Shown here: piece by piece, positions 28,307 through 37,395 of the stretch
How the letters are laid out: the number at the start of each line of letters is the position of its first letter
Numbering within the stretch: position 1 is the stretch's first letter
From: Elusimicrobiota bacterium
Lineage (GTDB): Bacteria > Elusimicrobiota > Elusimicrobia > F11
Length of the DNA stretch: 64,000 bases
Direction: 5' to 3'
NCBI GenBank assembly: GCA_046153645.1
Contig: JBJXGI010000103.1
Location: forward strand, 1 to 64,000
The notes under the pieces: model-generated
Seen by the model: the letters and a program-made list of their open reading frames with translations, nothing else
Database searches by the model: none
Told to the model about the DNA's origin: nothing
Translations under genes and position numbers: made by a program

Positions 28307-28334
28307 TTCAGATTCTTTCTTATTCCGCCGATAA
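28307..28334 (+). promoter_or_regulatory. sigma28 promoter of flagellin
   Basis: TTCAG-N15-GCCGATAA. Confidence 0.8.
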
Positions 28335-28363
28335 ATGAGTTGTGAGGAGAATTGTTCTCCCAC

Positions 28364-28397
28364 CTCGAGAAATGGAATTCTCGAGATTTATAGGAGG
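28364..28397 (+). promoter_or_regulatory. Putative CsrA operator in the flagellin 5' UTR
   Basis: Hairpin CTCGAGAA-ATGGAA-TTCTCGAG with ANGGA in the loop, followed by SD AGGAGG. Confidence 0.7.
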
Positions 28398-28404
28398 AAA
28401 AGAC

Positions 28405-29811
28405 ATGTCTAGTATATTGAATAACAGTAGTGCATTAAATGCTTTCCGTCATTTGGATCAAGCTAACAAAATGTACGGTAAATCATTGCAGAAATTATCC
28501 AGCGGCCTTCGCATCAACAATGCGTTTGATGATCCCGCTGGTCTTGTGATCTCGGAAAAATTGAGAGCACAAATTAAAGGTCTCAATCAAGCCACACTTA
28601 ACACTCAAGATGCTCTTTCCATGATTCAAACCGCGGAAGGCGCATTAAATGAGCAAGCGAATTTGTTAAACCAAATTCGTGCATTGGCTTTGCACGCGGC
28701 CAATACAGGGGTTGTCGGTCCAGATTCAATCGCCGCTGACCAAGCTCAAGTGGACGAAGCGGTGGCTTCTATTGATCGTATTGCCACTCAAGCTGACTTC
28801 GCTGGTAAAAAATTATTGGATGGAACATCAGGAAACAAGGGTATTGTCGTTTTAGGCGCAACCTTATCTTCTGTTGTTATTGGGAGCACAGCCCCCACGG
28901 GAACCAATAATGTAAATACCATTCTTACAACAGCAGCCACTCGCGCAACCTTAGCGGGAAATGTTGATAGAAGTGCTGCTGTTTCAGGGGATCATGTTGT
29001 GAGCGTCAATGGAATTAACATCACAATCACTAATGGTTCTACTCAAGCAACTGTAGTTAACACGTTAAACAGTTCGTTTGGTGCCAATGGTCTTGATTTA
29101 ACGGCTGTTGCCAATGGTGTCAATATTGATATCAGAAACAACAAATATGGATCAGCCTTTAAAGTTTCATTGGTTGATGGAGACAACATTCTCAATAGTG
29201 CTGACACTGCTTCGGCTTCTGGCACAGATACCGCTGGAACCATTAATGGTGAAGCTGCCACAGGAAAAGGATTAGAGTTAACGGCCAATGTTGGAACATC
29301 ATACGCCGGAACTAAAATTACTTTCCAAGCGTCTGCAACAGCTGCTACTTACAACAGCGCTTTCCAAGTTGTTCAAGGTCAATTGAAATTCCAAGTAGGC
29401 GCGAATGCCACTGACTCTGTTTCTGCGAGCATTGGTGATTTAAGAGCCAATCAATTGGGCGTAAGTGCTGGTGGTGTGACAGGTCTTAATTCCATTAAAA
29501 CAGGTGGAACCTATGCCCTGGCCACAAATCCCGGTCAAGCTCTTGCTGTTATTGACGCTGCGATTGCAGACGTTTCTAACGCACGCGCTAAATTGGGTGC
29601 TCTTGGAAGTTATGTTCTTGAGACACAATTAAACAGCATTAGTATTGCCGTTGAAAACATTCAAGCTTCTGAATCACGTATTCGCGATGTAGACATGGCT
29701 GCGGAAACGACCAACTTGACGAAGCATCAAATCCTTCTTCAAGCGTCTACTGCAATGTTGGCTCAGGCCAATGCGGCTCCTCAGACTGTTCTTCGTTTGC
29801 TTCAACAGTAA
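28405..29811 (+). CDS. fliC: Flagellin
   Basis: AGGAGG RBS; KLSSGLRINNAFDDPAGL; ESRIRDVDMAAE...AMLAQAN. Confidence 0.97.
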   Translation: MSSILNNSSALNAFRHLDQANKMYGKSLQKLSSGLRINNAFDDPAGLVISEKLRAQIKGLNQATLNTQDALSMIQTAEGALNEQANLLNQIRALALHAANTGVVGPDSIAADQAQVDEAVASIDRIATQADFAGKKLLDGTSGNKGIVVLGATLSSVVIGSTAPTGTNNVNTILTTAATRATLAGNVDRSAAVSGDHVVSVNGINITITNGSTQATVVNTLNSSFGANGLDLTAVANGVNIDIRNNKYGSAFKVSLVDGDNILNSADTASASGTDTAGTINGEAATGKGLELTANVGTSYAGTKITFQASATAATYNSAFQVVQGQLKFQVGANATDSVSASIGDLRANQLGVSAGGVTGLNSIKTGGTYALATNPGQALAVIDAAIADVSNARAKLGALGSYVLETQLNSISIAVENIQASESRIRDVDMAAETTNLTKHQILLQASTAMLAQANAAPQTVLRLLQQ

Positions 29812-29825
29812 ATTATTGACGTTAT

Positions 29826-29846
29826 CGGCCCCCCAAAAGGGGGCCG
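29826..29846 (+). terminator. GC-rich hairpin after flagellin (leaky terminator or mRNA stabiliser)
   Basis: CGGCCCCC/GGGGGCCG stem with no following U tract. Confidence 0.55.
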
Positions 29847-29870
29847 GTGGGCGTCTTTTGGGAGAAGACC

Positions 29871-30170
29871 GTGGATATTAAGCCCTTAAATAGTGAAAAC
29901 GAAAAATTTTTTAACTCAACTGAATCAACAAAAAAATCTGTTCGTCCAACTGGAAAATCCGATAATAAAATTGAGTCTTTCTTGTTGTTTGATCGACAAG
30001 AAGGAGTCTCTAAAAGTTATCGAGTAGATGAAAGTGTCCGCAAAATAAATATTTCACTTATCGATAGAGAAACCGGAGAAATTATTCAACAACTCTCTCC
30101 GATGGAAGCCGTGTTGTATGTTCGGCATTTAAATGAAGCCATTGAAAATATGCTTAATGAAATAGCCTAA
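29871..30170 (+). CDS. flaG: FlaG-family protein
   Basis: YRVDES...ISLIDRETGEIIQQLSP; between fliC and fliD; probable GTG start after GGAG. Confidence 0.85.
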   Translation: MDIKPLNSENEKFFNSTESTKKSVRPTGKSDNKIESFLLFDRQEGVSKSYRVDESVRKINISLIDRETGEIIQQLSPMEAVLYVRHLNEAIENMLNEIA

Positions 30171-30187
30171 TGTGATAGGGGGATAAC

Positions 30188-32614
30188 TTGCCAAATATTA
30201 ATGTCGGTGGACTCGTCTCAGGATTAAACACAAATGACATCATTGCGAAGTTAGGCGAAGCGGCGCGTATTCCGATTCAACGTCTCGAATTAAGAAAAGC
30301 TGAATTCAATACAAAATTGGATGCTTGGCAAAAAATTGCCTTAAAGTTGGTGGGGTTTCGACTCAGCGCCGTTTCTGTTTCGCAATCTTTGACAGCGGGG
30401 ACCAAAAAAGTTTCTTCGAGCGATGAAAATATTTTAACCACAACGGTGACCGGGAGTCCGAGTGCGGGAGCCAGAACAATAACAGTCACTAAATTGGCTC
30501 AATCAGAAGAAAGTTTATCGCAAGGCTTTCAAAATGTTGATACGAAAGTGATCGGAACAGGGAACTTTCAAATTGTTTCTGGAAATGGAACAGATGATCA
30601 TGATGTTAATGAAACAACAAAACTCTCTTTTTTAAATAACGGAACGGGAATTAATTTGGGATCAATCCAAATCACTGATCGTAGTGGCGCTGTGGCGACA
30701 ATTGATTTATCACAGGCAGATGACATTCAAGATGTGTTAGATGCCATCTCCAGTAATACGACGATTAAAGTAACAGCCAAAATAAATAAAAATGGAAATG
30801 GAATTTCTATTCAAGATGATTCTGGTTCCACTAATGGAAATCTCAAAATCTTAGAAAGTGGGGGAACGACCGCTTCGACTCTTGGGATACTAACGGCTTC
30901 ATCAGGGGTTTCTCAGAATGAAGTACAGGGAACAGATTTATATCCAAAGTATAACCTGAATATTGACGCAACAAATAACACGTTAAATGGGATACGAGAT
31001 GCCATTAATAATTTGAAAGGACCTTTTGTGGCCAGTATCATTAATGACGGCTCTCCTACCGCGCCTTATCGTTTGTCGATAACAAATAGGAATACGGGGA
31101 CTATTGGGCAATTGGCCCTTACCTCAACTTCAACCCCCATTGCCAATGAATTAGTGGGAACTGGCGATGGATCCAAAGGGGCGGTGTTGGGTGACTATAA
31201 ATTAGCAGTGTCTCCTATGAATAATATCGCTGACATAACGAGTCTCACTGTTGGTGGAGTTGCGTATAGTGTACGTGCCATTGGGGCCCACACAGGTGTG
31301 GGGTTAGAAGTTGAAATCGATATTAACAATGGAAAAATTCAATTTTTTAATAATAACCTTGCGCAGAATGTAACCGGTGAAATTCGTGCCAGTTATACGC
31401 CGGCCGCGTTTAGTTTTTCTGAAATTCAAACCGCCCAAGATGCGGAAATATTAATGGGGGCCACCAATCCGGTTATTGTCAAAAGTCATACCAACACGTT
31501 AAATCAAGCCATTGCCGGATTAAAAATCGATTTACTGAAAGCGGATGCTGGAAAACCAGTCACAATCAGCGTTGAAAATGATGTCACCGCCATGACAGAG
31601 ACCATTATCAAATTCATCACGGATTATAATGACATCGTTTCCGCGATCCAATCACAGAATGCTTATAACGCAGAAAAAAAAGAACGAGGGGGGCCTTTAT
31701 TTGGTGATGGCACGCTGCGTATTATTTTAAGTGGTTTACAAAAAGGACTCGTCGATGTCGTTCCAGAACTGGCCTCCAGTGGAAATTCTATTTTCCAAAT
31801 TGGAATTAAGCCAGGTGAAAATGGAACTTTGGCTGTTGATAAAGAGGCGCTTCAAAAAAATTTGATCGATAATATGGATGTCGTTAAAAAAATATTTTCA
31901 AACAATAAAAACGTGGCTAATAACGCTTTGGTAACGGCTTCTAGTTCAGCGGCCGGTTTTAATATTTCAAGTCTTACTGATGGTCAGACTACTTCGGAAG
32001 GGTTTGGCCCTGGTGTTGGTTGGCAAGACAATACACCAAATTCTTTTCCCGATGATGTGACCTTACAATTTCAAAATCCAAAATATTTCAATAAGGTTGT
32101 CGTTCATACGGTTAACTCAGTGACTCAACCAGCGTCTAGTTTTGGGATTAAAGATTATGATCTTCAATATCTCAAAATTGGCGGGAATCCTGTTTTAGAT
32201 GCTGATTGGCTGACAGCCGCAACCGTAACCAACAATACCCAGGGTCAAATAACTCATTCTGTAAATGTCCAAACAGAGCGTTTTAGAATTCGCATAAAAG
32301 GGACGAATGCCGCTGATGGGTATTCAAAATTAGTTGAAGTAGAAACTTTTGAAGATAACGCCATTGGGGCTCGAATTAAAAATGAGTTGACAGCCTCAAC
32401 TGATGCCACAAGTGGGGCGATTTTTTTCAGACAAGATGGTATTAAAAATTCAATTAAGTCAATCGACGGTCAAATGCAGCGCTTGGAAGAAAGAGTAAAG
32501 AGTCAGGAAATTCTCTTATTAAAAAAGTTTGCTGAAATGGAAAGAATTTTAGGCCAACTTCAAACCACGAGCAGTACTTTGACCAATCAGATTGCGTCTT
32601 TAAACGCAAAGTAG
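30188..32614 (+). CDS. fliD: Filament cap protein FliD, enlarged, with discoidin-like insertion
   Basis: GLVSGLNTNDII; TKLAQ; AQDA; GPLFGDGTLR; KKFAEME; TTG start. Confidence 0.93.
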   Translation: MPNINVGGLVSGLNTNDIIAKLGEAARIPIQRLELRKAEFNTKLDAWQKIALKLVGFRLSAVSVSQSLTAGTKKVSSSDENILTTTVTGSPSAGARTITVTKLAQSEESLSQGFQNVDTKVIGTGNFQIVSGNGTDDHDVNETTKLSFLNNGTGINLGSIQITDRSGAVATIDLSQADDIQDVLDAISSNTTIKVTAKINKNGNGISIQDDSGSTNGNLKILESGGTTASTLGILTASSGVSQNEVQGTDLYPKYNLNIDATNNTLNGIRDAINNLKGPFVASIINDGSPTAPYRLSITNRNTGTIGQLALTSTSTPIANELVGTGDGSKGAVLGDYKLAVSPMNNIADITSLTVGGVAYSVRAIGAHTGVGLEVEIDINNGKIQFFNNNLAQNVTGEIRASYTPAAFSFSEIQTAQDAEILMGATNPVIVKSHTNTLNQAIAGLKIDLLKADAGKPVTISVENDVTAMTETIIKFITDYNDIVSAIQSQNAYNAEKKERGGPLFGDGTLRIILSGLQKGLVDVVPELASSGNSIFQIGIKPGENGTLAVDKEALQKNLIDNMDVVKKIFSNNKNVANNALVTASSSAAGFNISSLTDGQTTSEGFGPGVGWQDNTPNSFPDDVTLQFQNPKYFNKVVVHTVNSVTQPASSFGIKDYDLQYLKIGGNPVLDADWLTAATVTNNTQGQITHSVNVQTERFRIRIKGTNAADGYSKLVEVETFEDNAIGARIKNELTASTDATSGAIFFRQDGIKNSIKSIDGQMQRLEERVKSQEILLLKKFAEMERILGQLQTTSSTLTNQIASLNAK

Positions 32615-32636
32615 GTTGAAAAGGAGGGTTCAATTA

Positions 32637-33008
32637 ATGGAAAAACAAACAGCTTATCTTCAAACCAAAGTGGAAACAGCTTCTCCTTCTCAATTAATAT
32701 TAATTCTATATGACGAATTAATAAAAACCTTAATTCAAGCTGGTGATTGCATTAAAGAAAAACGTTATGAGCCATCTCACCTTAAGCTAATTAAAGCGCA
32801 AAATATTGTTAGTGAGTTAACCAGTTCAATTAATAAGGACGCGGGCCCTATTGCAAGCAATTTACTCAGTCTCTATCAATTTATCGTTGATGAATTGATT
32901 CAAGCCAATGTTTTAAAAGATGAAAAAAGATTGGCTCCGGTCTTAGACATTGTTGGCAATTTGAGAAAAGCCTGGTGGACGGGTGTCATCATGGCTTCTG
33001 GAAAGTGA
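32637..33008 (+). CDS. fliS: Flagellin chaperone FliS
   Basis: TASPSQLILILYD; IASNLLSLY; LRKAW. Confidence 0.95.
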   Translation: MEKQTAYLQTKVETASPSQLILILYDELIKTLIQAGDCIKEKRYEPSHLKLIKAQNIVSELTSSINKDAGPIASNLLSLYQFIVDELIQANVLKDEKRLAPVLDIVGNLRKAWWTGVIMASGK

Positions 33009-33096
33009 TTTTTTCTCAGCCACAAAATCAGGACATTCGTCTCACTTAAGTTATTTAAACCAAATTATTCAACTGTACTCTACCCTTTGGATACGA

Positions 33097-33170
33097 AATC
33101 CAGGGTCTAGGTTCTAGACTTTTTTTACAGAAGGTTTGAGACCTGGATGCCGGCCTTCGCCGGGATGACG
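33097..33170. repeat. Degenerate REP-like palindrome between convergent genes
   Basis: ATCCAGGGTCT...AGACCTGGATGCCGGCCTTCGCCGGGATGACG; 3' half resembles the 16992 element. Confidence 0.55.
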
Positions 33171-33176
33171 AATGGC

Positions 33177-33899
33177 TTAGTCGTATTTTTCGAAATGAAT
33201 TTGATCTTTGGGGATGCCGAGGTCTAATAATTTGGATTGGACATCATTAATCATGTCGGAGAGGCCGCAAATATAGAAATCTTTATTGATAGGGTCTGGA
33301 ATGAATTCCTTTATTTTGTCACCCACATACCCTTTGGGGCCTTGCCATTTTTCTGGGCGACTTAACGTAAGGCAAATTTTAAAGTTGTCGTGTTCTTTTT
33401 CTAAAGATTCCCATTCGTTTTTATAAATAATGTCGTTGTCGTAACGATTCCCGTACAACAAGTAAAGAGATTTGTCTAAGTTTTTATCAATGAGATTGTC
33501 GATCATACTTCTCATGGGTGCAATTCCAGACCCTGTGGCAATAAAGACCAGGTCGCGTGTAATTTTTTCAGGATAAGAAAATTTGCCGAGTGGCCCCATC
33601 ACCTGTACTTTTTGACCCGGTTTTAGCGAATGTAAATAGCTTGATCCTTTTCCGCCATCTACCAAGGTTACGCATAACTCAAACCAACGAGGATCTTTCG
33701 GGGCCGAAGCAATTGAATAGGATCTGCGAAGAGGTTTATCTGCCTCCTGCGGGACAAAAATCTGTACAAATTGGCCTGATTTATAGTTCATTTCTTTCCC
33801 TTCAGGTAATCGGAAACGAAGATGAATATTTCGCGGAGTTAGTAACTCAGCCACTTCAACGGTTGTTTCGTATGTATCAAATGAGCGCTTGTTTTCCAT
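33177..33899 (-). CDS. FNR-family FAD/NAD(P)-binding oxidoreductase
   Basis: RRSYSIAS, GKGSSYL, GPLGKF, ATGSGIAP, YICG; probable start ATG 33899. Confidence 0.9.
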   Translation of the reverse strand: MENKRSFDTYETTVEVAELLTPRNIHLRFRLPEGKEMNYKSGQFVQIFVPQEADKPLRRSYSIASAPKDPRWFELCVTLVDGGKGSSYLHSLKPGQKVQVMGPLGKFSYPEKITRDLVFIATGSGIAPMRSMIDNLIDKNLDKSLYLLYGNRYDNDIIYKNEWESLEKEHDNFKICLTLSRPEKWQGPKGYVGDKIKEFIPDPINKDFYICGLSDMINDVQSKLLDLGIPKDQIHFEKYD

Positions 33900-33906
33900 A
33901 TTGAGT

Positions 33907-33934
33907 TTATCGGCCACTTTTCAAAAAAACTTAA
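33907..33934 (-). promoter_or_regulatory. sigma28-type promoter of the oxidoreductase (probably leaderless)
   Basis: TTAAG-N15-GCCGATAA, then 7 nt to the ATG. Confidence 0.72.
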
Positions 33935-33968
33935 CAGAAACTTCAGGGATGACTGAATTTCACATTAT

Positions 33969-33996
33969 TAAAGATCTTCTCCGTGTTCTCCGATAA
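33969..33996 (+). promoter_or_regulatory. sigma28-type promoter of motAB (probably leaderless)
   Basis: TAAAG-N15-TCCGATAA, then 7 nt to ATG 34004. Confidence 0.78.
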
Positions 33997-34003
33997 CAAA
34001 GAT

Positions 34004-34771
34004 ATGAAACCAGATATAGCGTCATTTGCAGGTATTTTATCGGCTGTTGGCTTTATTTTAGTGGGGCAACATTTAGAAGGTGGTCATGTTGGTTCTATCA
34101 TTCAGTTTACCGCTTTTTTGATTGTTATTGGAGGAACGATTGGAGCAACCATGTTGCAATTCCCGCTTTCAGTTTCAATTGGAGCTGCTAAAAAGTTACT
34201 GGAAGTATTTATGGGGCATGAAGCCAATCTGCCTGCTCTTATTAAAGAGCTTCTTCAATTCTCAGAGACAAGTCGCAAAGAAGGTTTATTGGCGCTACAG
34301 GCTCCCGCTGAAAGTACCAAAGAACCATTTTTAAAAAGGGCTCTTCAATTGGTTGTAGACGGAACGGAAGAAAAAGTCATCAGAGAAATGCTTGAAAATG
34401 ATATTGCCTCTATTGAAGAAGCTGAAGAAAGATTTGTTAAGTATTTTGAAGCGGCTGGAGGTTATTGCCCCACGGTCGGAATTATCGGCGCTGTTTTGGG
34501 ACTTATTCACGTTATGGAAAACCTCGACAAACCCGAACAATTAGGAACAGGAATTGCAGCCGCTTTCGTGGCAACAATTTATGGAGTGGCTGCCGCCAAT
34601 TTATTGTTTCTACCGGCTTCCAGTAAGTTAAAACAAAAAAATGAACAACACGCGAAATCATTCACCATTATTATTGAAGCCATGTCGGGCATTCAAAGGG
34701 GAGAAAACCCAAATCAACTCAAAGAGAGATTAAGAGGATATCTGCCTCCCAATCTAAAGAACTCAATATGA
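34004..34771 (+). CDS. motA: Stator protein MotA
   Basis: AFLIVIGGTIGA; SRKEGLLAL; AGGYCPTVGIIGAVLGLI; AFVATIYG. Confidence 0.96.
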   Translation: MKPDIASFAGILSAVGFILVGQHLEGGHVGSIIQFTAFLIVIGGTIGATMLQFPLSVSIGAAKKLLEVFMGHEANLPALIKELLQFSETSRKEGLLALQAPAESTKEPFLKRALQLVVDGTEEKVIREMLENDIASIEEAEERFVKYFEAAGGYCPTVGIIGAVLGLIHVMENLDKPEQLGTGIAAAFVATIYGVAAANLLFLPASSKLKQKNEQHAKSFTIIIEAMSGIQRGENPNQLKERLRGYLPPNLKNSI

Positions 34772-34786
34772 AATAAGGTTTAGAAT

Positions 34787-35563
34787 ATGGCCAAAAAACA
34801 TAAATGCCCTGAACATGTTAATCATGAAAGATGGTTGGTATCGTATGCCGACTTTATTACGCTTCTTTTTGCTTTTTTTACCGTTTTATATGCCATTTCT
34901 AATACCGATTCCAAAAAAGTAGAAAAATTTGTTGGTTCGGCTGAGCGCTCTTTTAATGAGGGTATTTTTGCTGCCGGAAGCCAATCTTTGACATTGGGAG
35001 AAGTGAGTATCGCTTCGGGTAACGGAATGTATGACATGGGAATAAATATGACGGATGTTGAAGATAGTTTGAAATCATCTATGACAAGTGAAGAAAAAGA
35101 AGGAAAAGTTTCCATCGAGAAAAATGAAGATGGACTTCTCATTACATTAAAAACATTCGGTTTTTTTGAATCAGGTTCTGATCAATTAAATGCGGGGTCT
35201 GCGGATGTTATTAAAAAAATTGGTCAAGATTTGAAAAGAATTCCCAATAATATTCGCATCAATGGTCATACCGATAACACGCCCATTACCAGTGGCCGCT
35301 TTTCTTCGAATTGGGAGCTTTCGACAGCGCGATCTGTGGCTGTGTTAAAGAGTTTGCTTGAAACAGGAATTTCCGCTGATCGATTTATTGTTAGTGGATA
35401 TGCCGAATTTTACCCGGTAGCTTCTAATCGTTATGCTCAAGGACGGGCGAAGAACCGGCGAGTTGAAATATTTGTAGCAGAGAAACCAGATAAAAAGAAG
35501 CGCTTTAATCTCATGGATTTAGAAAAAGAAGAGCGCCCCTTAGAGGTGAAATCAAATGGATAA
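34787..35563 (+). CDS. motB: Stator protein MotB
   Basis: HERWLVSYADFITLLFAFFTVLY (Val at Asp+11, as in H+-type stators); GHTDN, NWELSTARS, NRRVEI. Confidence 0.96.
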   Translation: MAKKHKCPEHVNHERWLVSYADFITLLFAFFTVLYAISNTDSKKVEKFVGSAERSFNEGIFAAGSQSLTLGEVSIASGNGMYDMGINMTDVEDSLKSSMTSEEKEGKVSIEKNEDGLLITLKTFGFFESGSDQLNAGSADVIKKIGQDLKRIPNNIRINGHTDNTPITSGRFSSNWELSTARSVAVLKSLLETGISADRFIVSGYAEFYPVASNRYAQGRAKNRRVEIFVAEKPDKKKRFNLMDLEKEERPLEVKSNG

Positions 35564-36077
35564 AGAAAATCGTCGAGGGAGTTTGAGGGTTAATACTTAT
35601 CTTCCGCTTTGGTTTCAAATCTTAACCGAAGAAGAAAAAAAGATAATTCGGTCTCAAATTGCAGATTATTCCGTTCAGCGTCACGTGGTTGATCATGAAA
35701 ATGAAAATGAATTACCGGAAGATGGGGATTTAAAATTAGTATTTCAAAAAATAAATAGATTTCAGAAAAATGTGCGTTATTACTTAGAGCAAATTCAAGT
35801 CGCTGAAAAACATCCTTATCAAACCCAAGCCATTACCTTAAGTTCAAATGGCTGTGTCTTTTTAGACGAAACCTCAGCCGCCTTGTTAAAGGAAGGGCAA
35901 TCGGTTGCCTTGCATTTACGTTTGCCGACACACCCCTCCGATATTTTTGTTTTGGGAAATGTTATTAAGCCAGCCACATTGTCTTTTGAGGTTTTGGCGC
36001 CAGATCAGGAAGATTGGATCATTGAATATTTAATTCATCGACAACAAGAAGACATTCGACTTGGAAACATTGGATAA
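35556..36077 (+). CDS. PilZ-like protein
   Basis: ENRRGSLRV (RxxxR), degenerate TLSSNG, C-terminal IIEYLIHRQQEDIR; overlaps motB. Confidence 0.65.
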   Translation: MDKENRRGSLRVNTYLPLWFQILTEEEKKIIRSQIADYSVQRHVVDHENENELPEDGDLKLVFQKINRFQKNVRYYLEQIQVAEKHPYQTQAITLSSNGCVFLDETSAALLKEGQSVALHLRLPTHPSDIFVLGNVIKPATLSFEVLAPDQEDWIIEYLIHRQQEDIRLGNIG

Positions 36078-36090
36078 AGAATTGTTTTTA

Positions 36091-37389
36091 TCACGCCGCT
36101 TTAAATAGGCCTATTTGATTGGTTGGTAGATAAACTGTAAAAGTTGCGCCCTTCCCTAATTCACTGCTCAATTCAATTTTCCCTTGATGTTTTTGAGTAA
36201 TCTCATAGACAAGCGAAAGTCCAAGCCCTGTTCCTTTGCCTACTTCTTTGGTGGTAAAAAAAGGTTCAAAAATATTTTTTTTAATGTCTTCAGGGATTCC
36301 GGGGCCAGTATCTGAAATTTGTATCGCAACTGATTCGACGTTTTGAAAATGACTGGTGAATGTTTTGACTGATAAGGTCCCATTTTCTTTCATGGCATCG
36401 ATAGCGTTGTTACATAAATTAATAACAACTTGTTGGATTTGGTTTTTATTGGCCAAAATCGTTGGGAGAGAATTGTCTAAATCTTTTATCAGTTCAATGG
36501 TGTTAAATTTGCTTTGAGCTTGAATAAGGAAGAAAGCGTCTTCAATAGCCGAATTAATTGAAATACTTTCAAATTGACTCGCAATAGGAGTTCTGGAAAA
36601 AGTCAGTAGGTTTTGGACAAGGTTTTTGCACCGGCCTGCTTCTCTTTCAATATGTTCGACGGGGATATAAAGAGGGTTATCCAAAGCAATTCTGGATTTA
36701 AGGCTTTGGGCAAAACCGAGAATAACACCCAGTGGGTTATTGATTTCATGGGCGACCCCACCTGCCAGTTGACCTACGGCTGACATTTTTTCACTTTGAA
36801 TAAATTTATTTTCTAAATTTTTTCTCTCTGTAATATCTCGAAAACTCCAGACTCTTCCAATAATTTTATTTCCGCTAAACTGTGCTTGGGAATACCTTTC
36901 AAAAACTCGACCATCTTTAAAATACAGGACATCAAAACTAGTGGCCTCTGGTTGAGAATACAGTTCTTTGACTTTGGCAACAAAAGTCTCAGGGTCCTTG
37001 AGTTGTGAGGTAGCAAATTCGATGACTTTTGCGTCATCTTTTTGGGTCACAAGAGTTAATGGCAAATGCCACATTTCAACAAACTTCTGATTAAAATCAG
37101 AGATATGACAATCTTTATCTACCACCAAAATCCCATCAGCGGTAGAATCTAATGTGGCTCGTAATAGAGACATCGATTTTTCTAATTTTTGTAAAAGAGA
37201 ATGCATTTCTCCGTTGGCTTTAACGAGCTCTTCTGAACTTATTTCCATTGATCGTTCTAACATAAGGCGGTCTTCATCAAATTGACGGTAAGATTGGCCA
37301 ACAGCTTTAATAAATTCAATACAAGAAAATGAAATTTCTTCAAAACTGCCAAAATGTCGTTTGATTTGACGATTTAAAAGACTATGCAT
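36091..37389 (-). CDS. PAS sensor histidine kinase (FIST-associated)
   Basis: [15 protein letters not shown]-terminus; [32 protein letters not shown]; ends FKAA. Confidence 0.93.
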   Translation of the reverse strand: MHSLLNRQIKRHFGSFEEISFSCIEFIKAVGQSYRQFDEDRLMLERSMEISSEELVKANGEMHSLLQKLEKSMSLLRATLDSTADGILVVDKDCHISDFNQKFVEMWHLPLTLVTQKDDAKVIEFATSQLKDPETFVAKVKELYSQPEATSFDVLYFKDGRVFERYSQAQFSGNKIIGRVWSFRDITERKNLENKFIQSEKMSAVGQLAGGVAHEINNPLGVILGFAQSLKSRIALDNPLYIPVEHIEREAGRCKNLVQNLLTFSRTPIASQFESISINSAIEDAFFLIQAQSKFNTIELIKDLDNSLPTILANKNQIQQVVINLCNNAIDAMKENGTLSVKTFTSHFQNVESVAIQISDTGPGIPEDIKKNIFEPFFTTKEVGKGTGLGLSLVYEITQKHQGKIELSSELGKGATFTVYLPTNQIGLFKAA

Positions 37390-37395
37390 AACGAC

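Noticed and set aside
29822..29829. Minus-strand GCCGATAA just after fliC (possible antisense promoter)
   Set aside because: No -35 match at 14-16 nt spacing, and the sequence is part of the downstream hairpin.
35270..35277. ACCGATAA inside motB
   Set aside because: Explained by the conserved GHTDN codons; no -35 element.
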